From positions 164,548,001-164,612,000 of the forward strand of contig OZ024740.1 of the NCBI GenBank assembly GCA_964016885.1: 64,000 nt of DNA. The letters run 5' to 3'. The notes beneath the pieces are model-generated. The model saw only the letters and a program-made list of their open reading frames with translations, did no database searches and was not told where the DNA came from. The position numbers were made by a program, and so were the translations under genes. Below, in pieces: positions 58,420 through 64,000 of the stretch. The stretch is from Eledone cirrhosa (Eukaryota). Position 1 is the stretch's first letter. Every line of letters begins with the position of its first letter.

Positions 58420-58795
58420 ATCAACCAGCCTACAGGTGCATGCTCAGAGTAGGCCGTGTTCATGAGTGATGGAAGGCAGGAGGTTGGATTAAGTGCAAGA
58501 ATTGCAAAAGCTGGTGCAGAAGAAAGGAGGTGGGCGTAAAAGCCAAACTCGCTGTTTTCAATTCGGTTTTCGTGCCAACCCTTACCTATGGTCAGGAATT
58601 TTGGGTAATGACCGAAAGAATATGATCGCGGATACAAGCGGCGAAATAGGGTTCCTCCGAAGGGTCTTTGAAGTAATCAAAATTGAGAGATCACAACTTC
58701 GATACTATGGGCATGTGGTTAGAATGTCTCCAGAAAGAATCGCTGGACAGATTTTACGTAAAAATACAACAGGTAAGAGACCCAGGGGTAGACCC
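58420..58795 (+). mobile_element. RTE-clade LINE fragment with internal deletion
   Basis: EIGFLRR..IERSQLRYYGHVVRMSPERIAGQIL..GKRPRGRP; same family as 5399-5860. Confidence 0.8.
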
Positions 58796-59053
58796 TCTAG
58801 CGTAACTAGCGGGGGGGGGGGGGCGACCCCCCTGGCTTTCCTCTCGGTCTAGGTGGGCCCCCTAGGCTATAATTCTAAACACATAACTTATTACACATGT
58901 AATTACGAATCCTTAACTACAACAACTTAAAGAAAACCCTTAATCTCTAATAAGACTAGAAGTTTATTTAAAGAATATAATATTAAATTAAATATTTATT
59001 TAAAGAATATAATATTTCGGATAAAATGTCAACTGCAACTGCATCTAAAAAAT

Positions 59054-59278
59054 GTGTGGAGAATATTCAGTCGAATAAAAGCGTTATCTTTTTTTTCATT
59101 TGCTTTCTCCACATCTTATTTAGTTGAGTCAGGTTTCAGTCGGGTTATGCATCTGCTTTCAAAAAGTGGAAATCGCCTTGATATAGAAAGAAGAGGTGGT
59201 TTACGACTCTCTCTAACGGCTTTGACACCAAACATTGACAAATTAGTAGCCTTGCCTCAATCACAGGGATCTCATTAA
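59054..59278 (+). pseudogene. hAT (Buster/Charlie-type) transposase C-terminal dimerisation fragment
   Basis: FSTSYLVESGFS...NRLDI..RG.LRL.LT...PNIDKL....QSQGSH*. Confidence 0.82.
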
Positions 59279-59868
59279 AAACTGATTGTTATATTCTTTG
59301 ATTTGTAAATATATATAAATGATTTGATATCTAAATTCTATATTATTCTTTTTGTTTGAAATGTTGTAATACATGCTTATGTTATTCTCGATACTCAGGT
59401 TTTTAACCTAATATTTAATTAAAAGTATAATTATGCATGAGTATATACACACAAATATATATTTAGTTGGAATAAAATATTCGTTCTCATCATGAACTTT
59501 CTAAAGTTGTAACTTGATATCTGACATTCTGCTGTCCTTAAATATTCTGTCCAGAACTTTGACAAAATTGTCTTCCTCTATTGTAACACTCCTCCTCGGC
59601 TGACTGCCACAGTAGTGATGGGTAGCAGTAAACATTGGTAGGGTATAGGCGGGCCATTGTTTTGGCTGAGAGGGTGAACTGACAGCGAATTTCGTTGTAA
59701 TCTGCGGTGGCTAATGGTCAACTTCCTTCGGACATGCGCTTGCGCAGACCGGTGGGGGTGAATTGGTACTCACAAGGGAACGGATGAAAAACCCAAAGGC
59801 ACGAACTTCATCCGTTCCCATGTCGATTCAATTTGGATTGCCTCGGAAACAACCTTATTATGTAACAA

Positions 59869-59942
59869 GCTGTCTGATGATGATACGACACTCGCACACA
59901 GAACAGTGTGGCCAGTGTCGTCATTGAAATATATATCACAGC
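59869..59942 (+). ncRNA. Type I hammerhead with extended stem II (family J)
   Basis: gctgt-CTGATGA-tgat acgacact...agtgtcgt catt-GAAA-tatata-TC-acagc. Confidence 0.88.
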
Positions 59943-59946
59943 ATTA

Positions 59947-60140
59947 GGGCGGTAGATTGGCAGTATCGGTGGAGGGTCGGACGCCATGCTTTCCAGCATA
60001 GTTACGTCCCTTTACGATCTGAGTTCAAATCCCGCCGAGGTTGACTTTGCCTTTCATCCTTACGGGGTCGATAAAATAAAGTACCAGTAATGCACTGGGT
60101 AATTGCTGGCCTTGTGCCTAAAGTAGAAACAATTATTATT
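59947..60140 (+). mobile_element. Young full-length SINE
   Basis: Nearly identical (about 2 differences by eye) to the reverse complement of 21043-21230. Confidence 0.9.
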
Positions 60141-60254
60141 AAAGGACTTGAACATCTGAAACTAATTCGCTTTTCCTTATTCGATATTTACTCCGTCACT
60201 CCTATGTGGAAAAAGTACGTTGAGTGCTTAAATTGAATTGCATCAATGTTTACC

Positions 60255-60307
<53 letters not shown>

Positions 60308-60463
60308 CTCGCGGAAAATAGTCTGTATCGTTTGTCTATTATTTCTTCAAAGTTACATTTTAAACTTATAGCTCCGTTTAAATGATTAATTATGTAGTCG
60401 ATTTCTACGGACTAGGGTGAAGAAAGATTGGATATATTTTAACTAATAATTCTTCAAACTTGC

Positions 60464-61234
<771 letters not shown>

Positions 61235-61276
61235 AGGAAAAAAGATGGAGACTTTTTAAGAATATTTATTTGTTCC

Positions 61277-61312
61277 CTTTACCGGTTTCACAGTTCTTGT
61301 GCTTTTCAAAAG
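61277..61312 (-). ncRNA. Diverged family C hammerhead (UUGAAAA core)
   Basis: ctt-TTGAAAA-gcac aagaa ctgt-GAAA-ccgg-TA-aag. Confidence 0.65.
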
Positions 61313-62781
61313 TAGAATTGAGATGGAGGGTTTCTAGTTTTTCTCGTATATATATAAATGTAATCTGAGTCATTCTACCCTAGGCTCGAAAAGCTCTACA
61401 AATTCGCCCGCTGTGCTTCAATGTGACTGTACAATCATTCCATTTAGCTGAATAATTCTGATAAAAACAAACCAAACAACAACACCAAAACAAGTCACAC
61501 TCTATATAGGAGCTGGTACGTAATGCATATATACAGTATATATTTTACGTACGTAACAATATCTTTACCTTTCTTTAACTATTCAATTTATTTTGAATGA
61601 ACACTAATTTTCACCCTTTATCTTCTTGCCTCCATTCCCCGATTAAATTCCCTTTTTTTTTCTTCATAAAGTTAGTCAACCTTTTCCTTCCCACAATTAC
61701 ACAGCCTCGTAACTTCTATGAGGAATATTAACCTTCAGCTGGTCCCTGTACAATTAATCTTCACACTTCTTCGTTTCCTTTGTGGAATTACTAATTAACG
61801 GGAAGTATCAAGTATGCACCGTTTGATGTGTTAACGTCTCCCTAAAGAATCAGTGCTGACAAAACATTATATATTACTCTCTTCGTCTTTGTCCCTTTCA
61901 TACATAGACACTCTTTCTCCCCTCTTCCATGTGCACATATGTACATATATACATATGTATTTACATTTCATTTAGGGAGAGAAGGCAGAGCCCATTAACC
62001 TTTTCAAGGGCTCTGATACTGGAGAAGGAGGGATTTCTTGTATGCTTCACACTTTCTCTATCACTCACATTAACCTGCATACAAAGAGCTCTCACTAATA
62101 TAAATACTGGTGTTTCTATGTTGTCACAATGGCGAATTTCTAAAAATTAATTCTAAATTTGTCTGATATTTGTTGCATCCAAGGTTAACGGGTATAGACC
62201 GGACATCAAAAAACCGTTTTTGTGTGGCTCACACACAGGGGGGAGGGGCTTAACCGCTAGGCCACTTTAATGCGAATGTGCTCATAACGTGTAGTTATTT
62301 CATCGGGTCAATAGAGCACTTTCAGCACTTTCGTCATCATTTTGGTATGTGTATTTTTCTATATATGTCTTTCTTGGAAATCTTGTGATAAATGTTTTCT
62401 TTCATCTGCTATTCTTTCTATGTCTGTTATTGCCCCTTCTTCTATTTAATCATGAAATAAATACTGTGTTCTTTCTGTAAATCTTTTATTTATTTCAACT
62501 TGTTTCCATTTCTTTTTACCTATAAATTAAATTTCAGGCATTCAGCTCTTCTTTTTTAAATTCCGGATCTACTTGCCAAATATTATGAAGATACGTTTAG
62601 CAATAGTAACGCTGTTTGGAGAGAAATTTCAAGGCTTTATATATAGACTGATTTGAAACTGATTTGAAGTTTCTTACTCCTCATCAAGCTACCTTATATT
62701 AATCTTTTCTTCAAACCAAACTAACAATTATATATATATATTACAGTTGAAAATTGCAAACTTGACTGTCACCACACATTA

Positions 62782-62820
62782 TGAACCTGAAGATTGCGAA
62801 AGCATGAAAGTACTTGTTCA
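62782..62820 (+). ncRNA. Type I minimal hammerhead (family K)
   Basis: tgaac-CTGAAGA-t tgc gaaa gca t-GAAA-gtac-TT-gttca; GNRA loop II and palindromic stem III. Confidence 0.9.
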
Positions 62821-63233
62821 ATTAACACTTAACATTTAATATTCTACCATACTATTTCATTCTAATACCATTATAAATTTTAAAGGATTGTAAATAAAAC
62901 GAGTAAATCAGACAAAGTTGGAATTCTTTTTATTAATATAATCTTCTATACACAATCATACACACCCGTGTATATTTATCTATCTATCTCTCTCTATATA
63001 TATATTTAAACACACATGCTCACACACATATTTATGTATATATATCAGCTACTAGACAACCCGTCACCCGTTGGGTCAGGTTCACTTCAAAATATAAAAA
63101 TAAAATCCTGTTCACTTAAAACTAATTTTTAAATAATTAAAATATACACATACATGTATATAATCTGAAATGAAACTGGAAGGCCCATATATATACGTGT
63201 GTGTATGTATATATATAAATGTGTGTGTGTGTG

Positions 63234-63337
<104 letters not shown>

Positions 63338-63372
63338 TGTGGGTGTCTGTGATCTATATACATTGGTCATAG

Positions 63373-63435
<63 letters not shown>

Positions 63436-63739
63436 ACTACACCACCAGCTCTCTCTCTCTCTCTTCCATTTTCCTTCTCTGTCTCCTTCTCTCTCCCTCT
63501 CTCGGTGTGTCTCTCTCAACCTGCTCTCTCACAACCACTATCTCTTTCTCTCTATCCTTCGCTCTCTCTGTTCATGAACGTACCATGAAAAACCCCATAT
63601 TTCGGGAAACCATGCTTCGATTTACGCGAAACTTGTTTTATTCAATTTGTATTCCCATTCCAGGGTCAACTTTCTTTCAAAGTATTTTCCCATCATGCTC
63701 CGTTTTGGCTGTATTACATTACAGACAAGGATGGTGCTC

Positions 63740-63975
63740 GATTCATGTGATTGAGATTTCCGGACTGGGTGGCATGTTGTGTTTTTGGGCAAGAATTCAT
63801 ATCACGTTGAAGCAGGACACTCAGCTTGTACAAATGAGCTGCACCCATCATTCGACCGACCAAACTTGTCACACATTGTATGTCATACTGAATTTACCCG
63901 AGGACTACGTTACGAATACACGTGTCTGTGGAATGCTCCGCCACTTAGATGTTAGTTTCACGAGAAAGCACTTAT
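63740..63975 (+). mobile_element. Diverged SINE-like repeat (second family)
   Basis: Shares segments with 50235-50550. Confidence 0.55.
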
Positions 63976-64000
63976 TTTGACTGAATTAACTGAAGCATTC

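Overview
AT-rich, microsatellite-saturated animal DNA. The SINE families resemble octopod cephalopod repeats, from recall only. I find no intact protein-coding gene, and nearly all ORF-track entries are translations of simple repeats. Recognisable content: many copies of a tRNA-derived SINE, two decayed Tc1/mariner elements, hAT remnants, RTE-like and CRE-like LINE fragments, probable non-autonomous Helitrons and a Penelope-like (PLE) GIY-YIG fragment. The main signal is about 20 minimal type-I hammerhead ribozyme (HHR) motifs from about 11 sequence-unrelated non-coding families. Most lie in or next to (TA)n tracts, and many are inside inverted or fold-back duplications. They include a 420-430 bp tandem retrozyme-like unit, a compensatory UUGAAAA core, a CAGAAGA core in 4 of 4 copies, and a recurrent U.U pair at the base of stem II. 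There is also a pseudoknot-like ribozyme candidate at the 5' edge of an RTE-derived element, recurrent TA-linked module clusters, and low-confidence fossil Ig-domain exons on the minus strand. All folds and coordinates were derived by eye and need computational and experimental confirmation.
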